Origin: an uncultured bacterium
GTDB taxonomy: Bacteria; Auribacterota; Erginobacteria; Erginobacterales; Erginobacteraceae
DNA: 64,000 nucleotides
Direction of reading: 5' to 3'
NCBI GenBank assembly: GCA_963822585.1
Contig: CAWGIE010000007.1
Location: forward strand, 160,001-224,000
Shown: piece by piece, positions 10,967 through 21,150 of the stretch
How positions within the stretch are numbered: position 1 is the first letter of the stretch
Layout of the letters: every line of letters begins with the position of its first letter
Made by a program: the position numbers and the translations under genes
The notes under the pieces: generated by a model
Told to the model about the DNA's origin: nothing
Databases searched by the model: none
What the model saw: only the letters and a program-made list of their open reading frames with translations

Positions 10967-11050
10967 AACCACGAAGAACACGAAGGTGTTAAAAATCAGG
11001 GTTCTCTCCCCTTTTTAATTTTCTTCGTGTCCTTCGTGTTCTTCGTGGTT
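10967..11050. repeat. Inverted pair of CACGAAGRA nonamer patches (also 35035-35230 and 59120-59214)
   Basis: AACCACGAAGAACACGAAG ... CTTCGTGTCCTTCGTGTTCTTCGTGGTT. Confidence 0.85.
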
Positions 11051-11065
11051 TATTTTTGCGGTGTT

Positions 11066-11725
11066 ATGAAAAAAGCTTTCGGTCTTTACGTCATCCTGAC
11101 CGATCCGGTCGCCGGCTATGAGGCCTGCTCCCAGGCGGCGGTGGCCGAAAATATCCGCTACCTCCAGCTCCGGATGAAACGAGCGCCACGCCAAGAGGTC
11201 GTTGAGACGGCCCTCCGGATCCGTGCCATTACCGCGGGAACGGAGACCCTCCTGATTATCAACGACGACCCGGCCCTGGCGGCTGAGGTAGGGGCCGACG
11301 GGGTGCATCTGGGACAGAGAGACATGCCCCTCCCCGAGGCACGGAAACTCTGGGACACACCGGGTAAGGTTTTCGGCCTCTCCACTCATAACGAAGAACA
11401 GGCCCGGACGGCGGGAGCGCTTTTGCCCGATTACATCGGTGTCGGCCCGGTCTTCTCCACCCCGACCAAGGAGGTGCCGGACCAGGTTCTGGGGCTGGAA
11501 CAAATGGGCGGGATCGTGAGGGGAACACCCCTGACCTCGATCGCCATCGGGGGGATCAACGAAAAAAACCTCGGGCAGGTTCTCGCTCACGGCGCCGTTA
11601 ATTTCGCCGCCGTCCGGCCGATCATGTCCGCCCTTGATCCCCGCCAGGCCATCGGCCGCCTCCAGCAGATCTGGCGGGAGCATTGTGCCCTGACTACCGG
11701 CGGGAGATACAGATCGTCGCCCTGA
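11066..11725 (+). CDS. thiE: Thiamine-phosphate synthase
   Basis: LQLRMK, IINDD, ADGVHLGQ, GLSTH, GPVFSTPTK, AIGGI; start moved to ATG 11066 because upstream codons are repeat DNA. Confidence 0.9.
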   Translation: MKKAFGLYVILTDPVAGYEACSQAAVAENIRYLQLRMKRAPRQEVVETALRIRAITAGTETLLIINDDPALAAEVGADGVHLGQRDMPLPEARKLWDTPGKVFGLSTHNEEQARTAGALLPDYIGVGPVFSTPTKEVPDQVLGLEQMGGIVRGTPLTSIAIGGINEKNLGQVLAHGAVNFAAVRPIMSALDPRQAIGRLQQIWREHCALTTGGRYRSSP

Positions 11726-11823
11726 TCAACGACCGCGGTAGGATCGAACGCGATCTTTATCCCGGCGATTTCGTGTCAATGTGGCGGATCAAGAACTGCC
11801 CGGATATAGCGGGAGCCTCGTTT

Positions 11824-13107
11824 ATGGTCTCATCTCGGAAATATTTTGGCATTGTAATCGGAGTTTTATTAATAATCCTCGTTTCCCCCCTTGCTTCGCT
11901 CCCTTCCGGCTCCGCTTCCTTCTCCTCCCCCGCAGAGGAATTCCGTTCCGCCTATCTTCTCTGGAAAGGAGCCGAGGGCTTATTCAGGGAGGAGGAATAT
12001 GAAAAGGCGCTTCAAAATTATCGGGCGGCCGAAGCGCAGCTCGCCGAGCTCAAGACGTCCCATCCGGATTGGCGCCCCGAGGCCGTCGCTTTCTATATCG
12101 ATCGATGCCGGAAAGAGATCGACGAAACGGAGAAGGCCTTTTCCGAACAAAAGTCCCGGAAGAACCCTCTCCGGGTACACTTCATCGATGTGGGCCAGGG
12201 CGACAGTTCCCTGATCCAGTGCCCGGACGGCTCCACCATCCTCATTGACGGCGGTCCGCCTTATGCCTACCCTTTTCTGATCGACTACTTGCGGAAAGCG
12301 GGGGTGAAAAAAATCGACCTGATGATCGCCACCCATCCGGACGGCGACCATATCGGCGGATTGGTGAAGGTCATGAAAAAATTCCCGGTGGAAACCGTCC
12401 TCGATTCCGGCAAGGAGCATACCTCGGAGTTGTATGGTCGTTACCTGAAAACCATCAGCGACCACCCGGAGATCGAATTCAAGCTGGGAAGGGCCGGCGA
12501 CCGCTACCATTTCGGCGAGGTGGAATTATTGATTCTCCACCCTTCCGCCTCCCTTCCCAAGGACAATAACAATTGTTCGATTGTTGTACGGTTGCGATAC
12601 GGAGAGCATAGCTATCTCTTTACCGGCGACGCCGAAAAGGAAGCCGAAGATGAGATTCTGGGCCGTGGTTATAATATAAAGAGCACGGTCTTGAAGGTGG
12701 GCCATCACGGGAGTAAATCCTCTTCCTCTCCCCGGTTTTTGCGTTCGGTCTCCCCCCGTCTTGCCGTGATCAGCGCCGGGAGGAACAACTCCTACGGCTT
12801 GCCCAAGCCGGAGATCCTGAAAAGGCTGGAGGCGATGGGGATCGAGGTCCACCGGACCGATCTTGAGGGGACGGTCCTGATCGTCGACAACGGGAAGGAG
12901 TACCGCCTGGAATTCCCCGGAGCGGCGGTCTACCCCGATTACGAGATCCCTCCGGAAAACGCCGGTCAGATCGTGGGCGATCAAGAGGCAATGATCTACC
13001 ATCTCCCCGGCGGGAGGCTTTATCTCAAGATTCCCCCGGAGGACCGCCGCTTTTTCCACACCGAGGAGGAAGCACTGGCCGCCGGGTTTCGAAAGAGTTG
13101 GTATTGA
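11824..13107 (+). CDS. Secreted ComEC-like metallo-beta-lactamase-fold hydrolase
   Basis: Signal-like N-terminus from ATG 11824 (GGGAG upstream); FIDVGQGDS, THPDGDHIGG, FTGDAE, KVGHHGS, RTDLEG. Confidence 0.85.
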   Translation: MVSSRKYFGIVIGVLLIILVSPLASLPSGSASFSSPAEEFRSAYLLWKGAEGLFREEEYEKALQNYRAAEAQLAELKTSHPDWRPEAVAFYIDRCRKEIDETEKAFSEQKSRKNPLRVHFIDVGQGDSSLIQCPDGSTILIDGGPPYAYPFLIDYLRKAGVKKIDLMIATHPDGDHIGGLVKVMKKFPVETVLDSGKEHTSELYGRYLKTISDHPEIEFKLGRAGDRYHFGEVELLILHPSASLPKDNNNCSIVVRLRYGEHSYLFTGDAEKEAEDEILGRGYNIKSTVLKVGHHGSKSSSSPRFLRSVSPRLAVISAGRNNSYGLPKPEILKRLEAMGIEVHRTDLEGTVLIVDNGKEYRLEFPGAAVYPDYEIPPENAGQIVGDQEAMIYHLPGGRLYLKIPPEDRRFFHTEEEALAAGFRKSWY

Positions 13108-13305
13108 TCTTATCGGGAAGAAAAATATTCGCGGTTGACTCCGGCCGATGATAAGGCGGGGCTTTTTTAACGGTTGCGCCAAGTTTCCACCCTTTGGCGC
13201 CGTTTTGACGGCCCGGGGGCGGAAAGCGAATAGGCGGGACGACGACCTCTCAATCCCTCAGCTAGTGAGAGGACGATTACCTTTCTCATCACCCCGTTTA
13301 ACAAT

Positions 13306-13950
13306 TTATAGAGACGCCAGGACACGTTCCGGCCGGTCGAGCAGTTCCTGAAAAAGCTGAAAATGCCGCCCCACGTGGAGTCCGTCCGCCAAAGCATGGT
13401 GAACCTGGACCGAGTACGGAAGCAGGAGCCGGCCTTCCGCACGATAATACTTCCCCCATGATATACGGGGGATCGAGTCGACCGGGGTGAGGTGAATGGG
13501 ATGCGTGAGGCTGGTGAATGATATCCAGGGAATGGAGGTAAAGAAGATCACGTCGTCCCGGGTGGTGTCCTCGACGATGGTAGGGTTCTCTTTCGCTTCC
13601 GCGATCACAGCCGCCGCCTCCGCCAGAAACGTCTCTGCCTCCGGGTGGAACCCGATCGTGCAATAGCCGAAAATCCCTTCTTTCCCCAACACCGTTATCG
13701 CGGGATCGACCTTCTCGTGCTCGATCACCTTCCCCTCCCGGATCCGGTAGCGGAATTCCGGGACCGCGTTGACCGCCCGAGCGGAGAGATAGAGCGCGCT
13801 GGCAAAGAAGGGCAGACCGTTTTCTTTAAGGAAAGTCGAGAACGCGGTGATATCCACATTGGCGCAGATGTTGAACTGGGGATAGTCCATTTCGTTGAAA
13901 AAACGGAAATGCTCCCGCCGCGCCCAGGACTTTATATCAATATCTTTCAT
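13306..13950 (-). CDS. cat: Type A chloramphenicol acetyltransferase family protein
   Basis: W.RREHF.FF N-terminus, SIPWISFTS, catalytic QVHHALADGLH. Confidence 0.85.
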   Translation of the reverse strand: MKDIDIKSWARREHFRFFNEMDYPQFNICANVDITAFSTFLKENGLPFFASALYLSARAVNAVPEFRYRIREGKVIEHEKVDPAITVLGKEGIFGYCTIGFHPEAETFLAEAAAVIAEAKENPTIVEDTTRDDVIFFTSIPWISFTSLTHPIHLTPVDSIPRISWGKYYRAEGRLLLPYSVQVHHALADGLHVGRHFQLFQELLDRPERVLASL

Positions 13951-14124
13951 ATAAATTAGCGCCTTTGGCGCTACTTTATCTGGACCCGACTTTGTCGGGT
14001 CTGTTACTTAAACGAAATTTATTTCACCAATGCAAAACAAGAAAAAAGCTTTCCTAACCTCAGTCAACATTTCACACTCATGGCATGATTTATCTTGTGG
14101 CCACAAGTTCAACAAATATTATTT

Positions 14125-14559
14125 TTACGGCCTGCCCCGAAGTTTAATCGGGGCAGCAAAAACAATATGATATTCTCCAAAGCCGGGTTCGGTCCAGCGG
14201 ACCAGCGTGGGTACGATCTCGATATGGACAAAATTGGGGTCATTCTCATCCGAGAAGTGGCCGCCGACCCGGGGGTTGAGTTCGAGGAGCTTTTTCTTCT
14301 TCTCCGGGCCGCCCGAGATATCGACGATCCCTTCAATCCGGAGATGGACTTTCTTCTTGTCCGTGAAGCAGATCTCAACCCGGTTATTCTCTTCTATCTC
14401 CCTGATCTTCCCGCTCTGCCGGTAAGTGGAACTCCAGAGGCGAAGGCCGTCCCTGACCACGAATGACATCGGCCGGACTCGGGGCTGTTTGCCGGACATC
14501 GTGGCCATATCGCCGAAACCGGCATCTTTGATAATCTCTAACACTTTCTCTATCGTCAT
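14125..14559 (-). CDS. Pyridoxamine 5'-phosphate oxidase-like FMN-binding protein
   Basis: MAT....QPRVRPM, K..EI..N.RVEICF; GGAGGG before ATG 14559. Confidence 0.8.
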   Translation of the reverse strand: MTIEKVLEIIKDAGFGDMATMSGKQPRVRPMSFVVRDGLRLWSSTYRQSGKIREIEENNRVEICFTDKKKVHLRIEGIVDISGGPEKKKKLLELNPRVGGHFSDENDPNFVHIEIVPTLVRWTEPGFGEYHIVFAAPIKLRGRP

Positions 14560-14963
14560 GAGCCCCTCCAATTTTTTCTTCGAAAAAATTATGCAGTTTC
14601 TACTATTCGATACTATATTCTATCCGTAATCATTACAATGCCTTAACCTGGATTATTCATCAGAATTTTCAATTTTGATGAATAATCCAGGTTATCATCA
14701 TTCGTCCAATATGTTATGTATAGTAATCTCTGTTATGCGGCCGTAACAGACTGTTTTTTCTTCACCGATAGGCCAGCGTCTTATTTCTACTCGAGACAAT
14801 TCAATTAATGTTAGATGTTTGCCGGCAAATGATTGCCCGGGAGCACTCTATAGATTATCATTTTATATTACTGCTATCAATGCCGGCTCTGGCATTGTTC
14901 AAAACTAACCCGATTTATGAATAAATCGGGTTAGCATCTTAGGATCTAAAATTGTCAGCTGCC

Positions 14964-15027
14964 TCGTCGTGCAGGGCTTTAGCCCTGCCTGATCTGAAAA
15001 AAGCAGGGCTAAAGCCCTGCACGACGA
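14964..15027. repeat. REP-like inverted doublet
   Basis: Perfect 25-bp arms TCGTCGTGCAGGGCTTTAGCCCTGC, each internally palindromic. Confidence 0.8.
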
Positions 15028-15051
15028 AAACAACAAAAACCAGTCACTAAC

Positions 15052-15792
15052 ATGTCCCTCTTAAACCAAAGTTTAATCCACGCTCCCAGCGCCGGGAAGA
15101 TATCCCACTACCCCTTCCTCGACCACCTGAAGATCGCCGATGTTCACCTGGTTCTCATCCCCTGGAATATCTTTTTAGCCCTGGCGCCGGCGATCCTGGG
15201 GGCTTATATCCTGAAAAGATGGAGTTCCCGGCCACTCCGGGAGCTCTCCCGGGGAAAGCAGGCGCATCTGGCGGCGCTCCTCCTCCTCTGGCTCATCCTT
15301 TATCCCAACTCGATCTACCTGATCACCGAAGCCCGAAAAATCCTGGTTTATGCCCCCCAGGACCTCCTATACAGCGCCAGCGTGGAACACATCTGGAAAG
15401 TTTTCTTTATCTTTGCCTACGCCCTATTCGGCTGGATCGGATTCGTTCTTTCCCTGGGCCAGATCAGGAGGTTCACCGCCCGGGTGCTCTCCCGGGGCTG
15501 GTCCCGGGCGGTAACGGCGTTATTGATCCCGCTGGGGACGCTGGGGACATTTTTAGGACTTTTCAACCGCTGGAACATCTGGGAGGCGCTTACTCATCCC
15601 GCCTTCATTTTCCGGGACGGTATCGACCACCTGTCCGACCCGGTGCGCCTGAAGAACCTGGCAACCGTCTCCCTCCTTCTCTTCTTCCTCTACCTGGTAG
15701 GTGAACTCCTCTTCCGCCTGCTGTCGTCAGCTTTCCCTCAGGCCACACTGAAGATAAACCACGAAGGACACGAAGAACACGAAGATAAATAA
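15052..15792 (+). CDS. DUF1361-like membrane protein
   Basis: WNIFLA, LWLILYPNSIYLIT, GTFLG.F.RWN.W motifs. Confidence 0.75.
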   Translation: MSLLNQSLIHAPSAGKISHYPFLDHLKIADVHLVLIPWNIFLALAPAILGAYILKRWSSRPLRELSRGKQAHLAALLLLWLILYPNSIYLITEARKILVYAPQDLLYSASVEHIWKVFFIFAYALFGWIGFVLSLGQIRRFTARVLSRGWSRAVTALLIPLGTLGTFLGLFNRWNIWEALTHPAFIFRDGIDHLSDPVRLKNLATVSLLLFFLYLVGELLFRLLSSAFPQATLKINHEGHEEHEDK

Positions 15793-16026
15793 AGGGGGAG
15801 GAGGCGGGGGATGAAAGACTGAACATCGAACGTCGAACGTTCAACTTCCAACGTCGAACGGGAAAGAGCCAGGGGCGCTATTCCTATTCAATCACATTTC
15901 CGTCATAAGTGACGTTCCGGATCTTCGACAATCGTCTGTTAATTAAAGGGGCCGGGGCGGGGGACTAATTCGTGTCAATCAGTGTAATGAGTGGACTTAA
16001 AAGGGGGAGAGGCGGTGGGCACTTCG

Positions 16027-16254
16027 TTTAATTCGCGTAATTCGCAGTTTCTATTAAAGGGGCCGGGGGAGGGGATTAATTCGCGCAATTCGCAGTTTAA
16101 TTCGCGTAATTCGCAGTTTCTATTAAAGGGGCCGGGGGAGGGGATTAATTCGCGCAATTCGCAGTTTAATTCGCGTAATTCGTAGTTTCTATTAAAGGGG
16201 CCGGGGGAGGGGATTAATTCGCGCAATTCGCAGTTTAATTCGCGTAATTCGCAG
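16027..16254. repeat. 69-bp tandem repeat, about 3.3 copies
   Basis: CTATTAAAGGGGCCGGGGGAGGGGATTAATTCGCGCAATTCGCAGTTTAATTCGCGTAATTCGCAGTTT units begin at 16051, 16120 and 16189. Confidence 0.95.
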
Positions 16255-17353
16255 ATTCGAACGGGAACCGGTACTGCGTCAGCCCCAGTTCGTCCCGCAT
16301 GACCGTCATCTCTTGCTGGAGCGCCTCCGGCAGGGGGACGCCTTCCTTCTCATTCTCCCGGGCGGCCAGGTATTCCTTCTCTCCCGCCGTGTAGATCCGC
16401 TCGGCGCCGGGGGCTTTCCGGGAAGCCCGCAGCCCGCGGCAGATATCCCCGGCGATCTTTTTGAAGGTATCCAGCCCCATAAAAAACTCCGGGTTGACGG
16501 CGAGAAAGTAATGGCCGATCCGATAGGGGACCCTCTTCCCGTCCTTCCATCCCGAGAGGTCCTTCATGAAGACGCCTTTCTGGAAAGCGGCCGAAAAAAT
16601 CTCCACCGCGGTCGCGTAACCGTATCCCTTGTGGCCGCCCGCGGTATCGCCCTGACCGCCCAGAGGCAGAAGGGCCGCGGCCCCCTTCACCAGATCCTCC
16701 AGAATCCCGTGGGTATCGGTCCGGTCATGCCCCTCCCGGTCCACCACCCATCCGGCCGGCGTCTCCTGGCTCAGCCGGTCGAGGACCTCGATCTTCCCCC
16801 GTTGGGTGACCGAGGTGGCGCAGTCGAGCAGGAAGGGGAAGGGCTCGTCGGTCGGGGCGCCGATGGTGATCGGGTTGGTGCCCAGCATGTTCTCCACCCC
16901 GAAAGTGGGGGCGATCGAGGGCCGGGCGTTGGTACCGACGAGCCCGACCATGCCGTTCTCCGTAGCCATCAGGGCGTAATACCCGGCGATCCCGAAATGG
17001 CTGGAGTTCCGGCAGGCCGCCATCCCCATCCCGAGATCCCGCGCCTTCTCGATCGCCATTCCCATCGCCTGCTTCCCGATCACGTGTCCCATTCCGTTGT
17101 TCCCGTCGATGACGACGGTGGTCGGCGTCTCCTTGACGATCTCGGGGTTGGTCACCGGGTTGACGATGCCCGCCCGGATCCGGTCGTAATAGATCGCCTT
17201 CATCCGCTGGATGCCGTGGGAGTCAATGCCGCGCCGATCGGCGGTAATCAGGACGTCGGCGCAGACGGCGGCGTCAGTGGCAGGGACGCCCAGTCCGATA
17301 AAGACGTCCCGCATGAACTTTTCCAGTAGATCGAGTGAAACCCGGCATTCCAT
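16235..17353 (-). CDS. Ldh_2-family (malate/L-lactate/ureidoglycolate-type) oxidoreductase
   Basis: AD.RGIDSHG, NSSHFG.AGYY, GTNPI, GGHKGYG. Confidence 0.9.
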   Translation of the reverse strand: MECRVSLDLLEKFMRDVFIGLGVPATDAAVCADVLITADRRGIDSHGIQRMKAIYYDRIRAGIVNPVTNPEIVKETPTTVVIDGNNGMGHVIGKQAMGMAIEKARDLGMGMAACRNSSHFGIAGYYALMATENGMVGLVGTNARPSIAPTFGVENMLGTNPITIGAPTDEPFPFLLDCATSVTQRGKIEVLDRLSQETPAGWVVDREGHDRTDTHGILEDLVKGAAALLPLGGQGDTAGGHKGYGYATAVEIFSAAFQKGVFMKDLSGWKDGKRVPYRIGHYFLAVNPEFFMGLDTFKKIAGDICRGLRASRKAPGAERIYTAGEKEYLAARENEKEGVPLPEALQQEMTVMRDELGLTQYRFPFESANYAN

Positions 17354-17484
17354 GGCATCTTCCTTATCGCGAAATAAGCCCCTGCCTTGCTCCTTTTCCA
17401 GGTGCTTATCAGACGGATCGGTCGGATCCGACTGATCAGACTGATCGGAGGAGTTCGCGCTTTTCCCCGGCCACCGATCACCGA

Positions 17485-19563
17485 TTACCGATTACCGATT
17501 ATCTGCCCCCCCATTACTTCCCTCGCCCTCCGCACCACTTCCTCCGGCGTGATCCCGAGCTTTTCGTATAGTACCGGGCCCGGCGCGCTGGCGCCGAAGC
17601 GGTCCACTCCGACTGCCGCTCCCCGCAGCCCAATATAGCGCTCCCAGCCGATGGTGACGCCGGCTTCCACCGCCACCCGGGCCGTAACCTCCGGGGGAAG
17701 GACACTCTCCCGATACTCCCGGTTCTGCCGGTCGAAGAGTTCCCAGGAGGGCATCGAGACCACCCGGACGGCCGCCCCTTCTCCGGCCAGTTTCCGCCCA
17801 GCGGCGAGGGCGATCTCGACCTCGGAGCCGGTCCCGATCAGGATAATGTCGGGCTGGCCGGCGGATGATTCCCAGAGTACGTATCCGCCCCGGCTGAGTC
17901 CTTCCGCCGGGGCCAGGTCTGACCGGTCCAGTACGGCCACGTTCTGTCGGGTGAAGACCAGCGCCACCGGCGTCTCCTTCTCTTCCAGTGCCGCCTCCCA
18001 GGCCGCTATCGTCTCGGTGGCGTCGGCCGGACGGATGACGATCAGGTTGGGGATCGCCCGCAGGGCCATCAGATGCTCCACCGGTTGATGAGTGGGGCCG
18101 TCCTCCCCCAACCCGATCGAATCATGGGAGAAAATAAAAAGAACGTGTTTTTGGGAGAGGGCCGCCAACCGGATCGCCGGGCGCATGTAATCGGAGAAGA
18201 CCAGGAAGGTGGCGGTATAGGGGATGACCCCGCCGTGGAGCGCCATCCCCACCGCGATCGACCCCATGGCGTGTTCCCGGACGCCGAAGTGAATGTTCCG
18301 GCCGGCGTATCCCCACTCATCTCCCACCACCCCCTGGAGATCGTCCCTGTCGGTCCGGGGGGACTGGAAGTCTCCATATCCGTTCAGCGTGGTCTTGGTG
18401 GAGGGGTTGAGATCGGCCGAGCCGCCGATCAGCTCCGGGATGTTCTTCGCCAGGGCTTGCATCACCTTCCCAGAGGCGGCACGGGTGGCGACGGGGGGGG
18501 AACCGGGAGGAAAAGTCGGGAGGCCGCTGGTCCATCCGGAGGGGAGTTTCCCCGCGATAATCCGCTGCAATTCGGCCGCCGCTTCCGGGAAGGCTTCCCC
18601 GTATTGTTTCAAGGCCTCCTTCCATGCCGATTCCCGTTCTCCTCCCCTTTTCAGGGCGCCCCGGAAATATTCGAGCGCCTCGTCGGGGATAAAGAAGGGC
18701 GGCGAGAGCGGCCAGTTTAATCGTTTCTTAGCCCCGGCGATCTCCTCTTCTCCCAGGGGGGAGCCGTGAGCGCCGAAGGTCCCCGCCTTGGTGGGGGCGC
18801 AGCACGCGATGACCGTCCGGACCATGATCAGAGTCGGCCGGTTCTTTTCCTCCCGGGCCCGGCGGAGAGCCTGGTCGATCGCGTTCAGGTCGTTGCCGTC
18901 GGCGACCTTGATCACCTGCCAGCCGTACGCCTCGTACCGTCCTCCCACGTCCTCGGTAAAGTCGATCCCCGTCGATCCGGCCAGCGAGATCTGGTTATCG
19001 TCGTAGAGGACGATCAGCTTTCCCAGACCCAGATGGCCGGCCAGGGAAGATGCCTCGGCGGTCAGCCCTTCCATCAGGCAGCCGTCGCCGGCCAGGGCGT
19101 AGGTATAGTGATCCACAATTTCGTGGCCCGGTCGATTGAAGACGGCGGCCAGGTGCGCTTCGGCTAGCGCCATGCCGACCGCGTTGGCAAGGCCCTGGCC
19201 CAGGGGGCCGGTCGTCGCTTCGACGCCGGGGGTCAGGACGTTCTCGGGATGGCCCGGCGTCATGCTCCCCCATTGACGGAACGATTTCAGTTCCTCCAGG
19301 GGAAGCTCGTAACCGGTGAGGTGAAGAAGCGAATAGAGGAGCATCGAGCCGTGGCCGGCCGAGAGGACAAAGCGGTCCCGGTTGAACCACCGCGGGTCGG
19401 CGGGGTTATACCGCAGGTACCGGTCCCAGAGAACGTAGGCCATCGGGGCCGCGCCCAGGCAGATCCCGGGATGGCCGGAGTCGGCCTTCTGGATGGCGTC
19501 GGCGGAGAGAAAACGGATAGTGTTGATGCACTTCCAATCAAGCTGTTCCTGATCCTTCGTCAT
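17485..19563 (-). CDS. tkt: Transketolase
   Basis: [46 protein letters not shown]; start at ATG 19563. Confidence 0.97.
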   Translation of the reverse strand: MTKDQEQLDWKCINTIRFLSADAIQKADSGHPGICLGAAPMAYVLWDRYLRYNPADPRWFNRDRFVLSAGHGSMLLYSLLHLTGYELPLEELKSFRQWGSMTPGHPENVLTPGVEATTGPLGQGLANAVGMALAEAHLAAVFNRPGHEIVDHYTYALAGDGCLMEGLTAEASSLAGHLGLGKLIVLYDDNQISLAGSTGIDFTEDVGGRYEAYGWQVIKVADGNDLNAIDQALRRAREEKNRPTLIMVRTVIACCAPTKAGTFGAHGSPLGEEEIAGAKKRLNWPLSPPFFIPDEALEYFRGALKRGGERESAWKEALKQYGEAFPEAAAELQRIIAGKLPSGWTSGLPTFPPGSPPVATRAASGKVMQALAKNIPELIGGSADLNPSTKTTLNGYGDFQSPRTDRDDLQGVVGDEWGYAGRNIHFGVREHAMGSIAVGMALHGGVIPYTATFLVFSDYMRPAIRLAALSQKHVLFIFSHDSIGLGEDGPTHQPVEHLMALRAIPNLIVIRPADATETIAAWEAALEEKETPVALVFTRQNVAVLDRSDLAPAEGLSRGGYVLWESSAGQPDIILIGTGSEVEIALAAGRKLAGEGAAVRVVSMPSWELFDRQNREYRESVLPPEVTARVAVEAGVTIGWERYIGLRGAAVGVDRFGASAPGPVLYEKLGITPEEVVRRAREVMGGQIIGNR

Positions 19564-19853
19564 GATACCTTTCCCTTTTATTATTTTGCGCTTAAAGCGC
19601 AAAATAGAGTCCTTGTGATTCCCGATTCGAGTCTGGTATCTTGCCATAAAGCCGGTGTTTGTGAAAATTAAATATTTCATCGGAAGAATATACCAATGCG
19701 CCAATCTGTCAATATGCTGTCTTTATCCGTCCCTGGGCCGCGGGCGCCGGGTTTTATCATTTGGAATTTGATAATTTGAATATATTTAGGATTTAGTTAT
19801 TAGGATTTAGGATTTTTAGTAATACGCATCAGTCTGTTTTTTGAGAGACCCTG

Positions 19854-20237
19854 ATGTTATATATTATTTTTGCCTATGTAACTGTTTTCCTCCACCTGAC
19901 CTTCATTATCTTCGTTCCGCTGGGGGGGTTTTTAGTCCTCCGGCGGAGGTGGTGGGCCTGGATTCATGTCCCCGTCTTCGCCTGGGGGGCGGCGATATCG
20001 TTCGGAGGCTGGATCTGCCCCCTGACACCGCTGGAGAACTGGCTCCGGCACAAAGGCGGGGAACTGGGGTACGGCGGGGGATTCATCGACCACTACATCC
20101 TGCCCGTCATCTATCCCGGCAACCTGACCCGAAGCATCCAGATCGCCCTTGGCATCGGCGTCCTCGCCGTCAACCTCACCATCTACGCCATTGTCATCCA
20201 CCGGGCAGTCCGTAAAAAGAACTCTGTTGCGTCCTAG
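19854..20237 (+). CDS. DUF2784-family membrane protein
   Basis: HL.FI.FV..GG, ICPLTPLENWLR, GFIDHYI.PVIYP. Confidence 0.85.
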   Translation: MLYIIFAYVTVFLHLTFIIFVPLGGFLVLRRRWWAWIHVPVFAWGAAISFGGWICPLTPLENWLRHKGGELGYGGGFIDHYILPVIYPGNLTRSIQIALGIGVLAVNLTIYAIVIHRAVRKKNSVAS

Positions 20238-20260
20238 ACCAAAATTAAACGAGGAAAGGA

Positions 20261-21070
20261 GTGAACCGCGATATGGAGACCACCATCATCCCCAAACTGG
20301 CGCTGAGCTTTCTGATCGGGGGAGTCGTCGTATCCATGGCTACAGGGATGGCCGACCGTTTCGGGAGCAGGATCGGCGGGGTTATTGGGGGACTTCCGTC
20401 GACTGTGGTGGTGGCTCTTCTCTTCATCGGATGGATCCGGGGACCGGAGAGAGCCGCGGACGCGGCCACTCTCGTGCCGCTGGCGATCGCCTTGATCGGC
20501 CCTTTCCTGATCGTGTACGCCCTCACCGCGAAAGCCGGGTTGATCCGCTCCCTTTCCCTCACGCTCGGCACGTGGTTTGTCCTCTCGGCCCTGATCGTCC
20601 TGATCGGAATCAATAATCTCCTCCTCAGCATGATTGGAGGCGGCCTGATCTTCTGTGTCTCCTTCCTGATCCTGGAGAAGGGACTCAAGATCCGGTCCAT
20701 GCCCCGTTCGACGGGTGTCTTCAGTCTGCAAAGAGCCGTCGAGCGGGGTCTCTTCGGGGGAGGGGTGATCCTCGGCGCGGTACTTTTAAGCGAACTGGGC
20801 GGTCCGTTTATCGGGGGTATCTTTGCCTGCTTCCCGGCGGTGCTTATCTCGATCATCGTGATCGTGTACCATGAGCGGGGCCCGGCATTCTCCGTCGCCG
20901 TGGCCAAGTCCCTCATGGTCAGCGCCATAATCAATGTCGCGCTCTATGGAATCGCCGTCTATTACCTGTACCCGGCCGTCGGCATCTGGGTGGGAACGCT
21001 GATCGCCCTCGCCATCGCCTGTGTTTCAGGATACGTCACCCTCCGCTTCATCGCCCCCCGCCTCTCTTGA
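20261..21070 (+). CDS. Membrane protein with two internal repeats (DUF3147-like)
   Basis: Repeated IGGVIGGLPS / IGGIFACFPA motif; hydrophobic throughout. Confidence 0.7.
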   Translation: MNRDMETTIIPKLALSFLIGGVVVSMATGMADRFGSRIGGVIGGLPSTVVVALLFIGWIRGPERAADAATLVPLAIALIGPFLIVYALTAKAGLIRSLSLTLGTWFVLSALIVLIGINNLLLSMIGGGLIFCVSFLILEKGLKIRSMPRSTGVFSLQRAVERGLFGGGVILGAVLLSELGGPFIGGIFACFPAVLISIIVIVYHERGPAFSVAVAKSLMVSAIINVALYGIAVYYLYPAVGIWVGTLIALAIACVSGYVTLRFIAPRLS

Positions 21071-21150
21071 AGACAATTGGGGGCCGGTATTAAAACCCCG
21101 ATACTCCCCTGCCCCATAACAATCATATTCCACTTTTTCTGTGGCCAAAT

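Noticed and set aside
11683..11823. Extended N-termini in the ORF track (MBL, thiE, tkt, M23, OMP, nucleotidyltransferase, moaA, TPR, 57149 ORF)
   Set aside because: Downstream starts have better RBS or family-typical N-termini; the extensions run through repeats or neighbouring genes.
14572..14900. Third attI-like site in an AT-rich gap (AATTAAT-GTTAGAT near 14810)
   Set aside because: I could not align it to the other two copies, and no cassette ORF follows.
16064..16212. KOPS (GGGNAGGG) function of the G-rich motif
   Set aside because: Only some copies match, and they cluster with repeat patches rather than being evenly polarised; untestable without the replichore map.
15975..16226. Repeat-protein ORFs (15975-16226 minus, 15991-16185 plus)
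   Set aside because: Open only because the 69-bp unit is a multiple of three; no RBS or family resemblance.
16027..16254. CRISPR array
   Set aside because: Units are contiguous and essentially identical, with no unique spacers; no cas genes in the window.
21071..21150. Integron integrase gene or remnant next to either attI-like element
   Set aside because: No tyrosine-recombinase motifs in any listed ORF; the flanks are ordinary genes.
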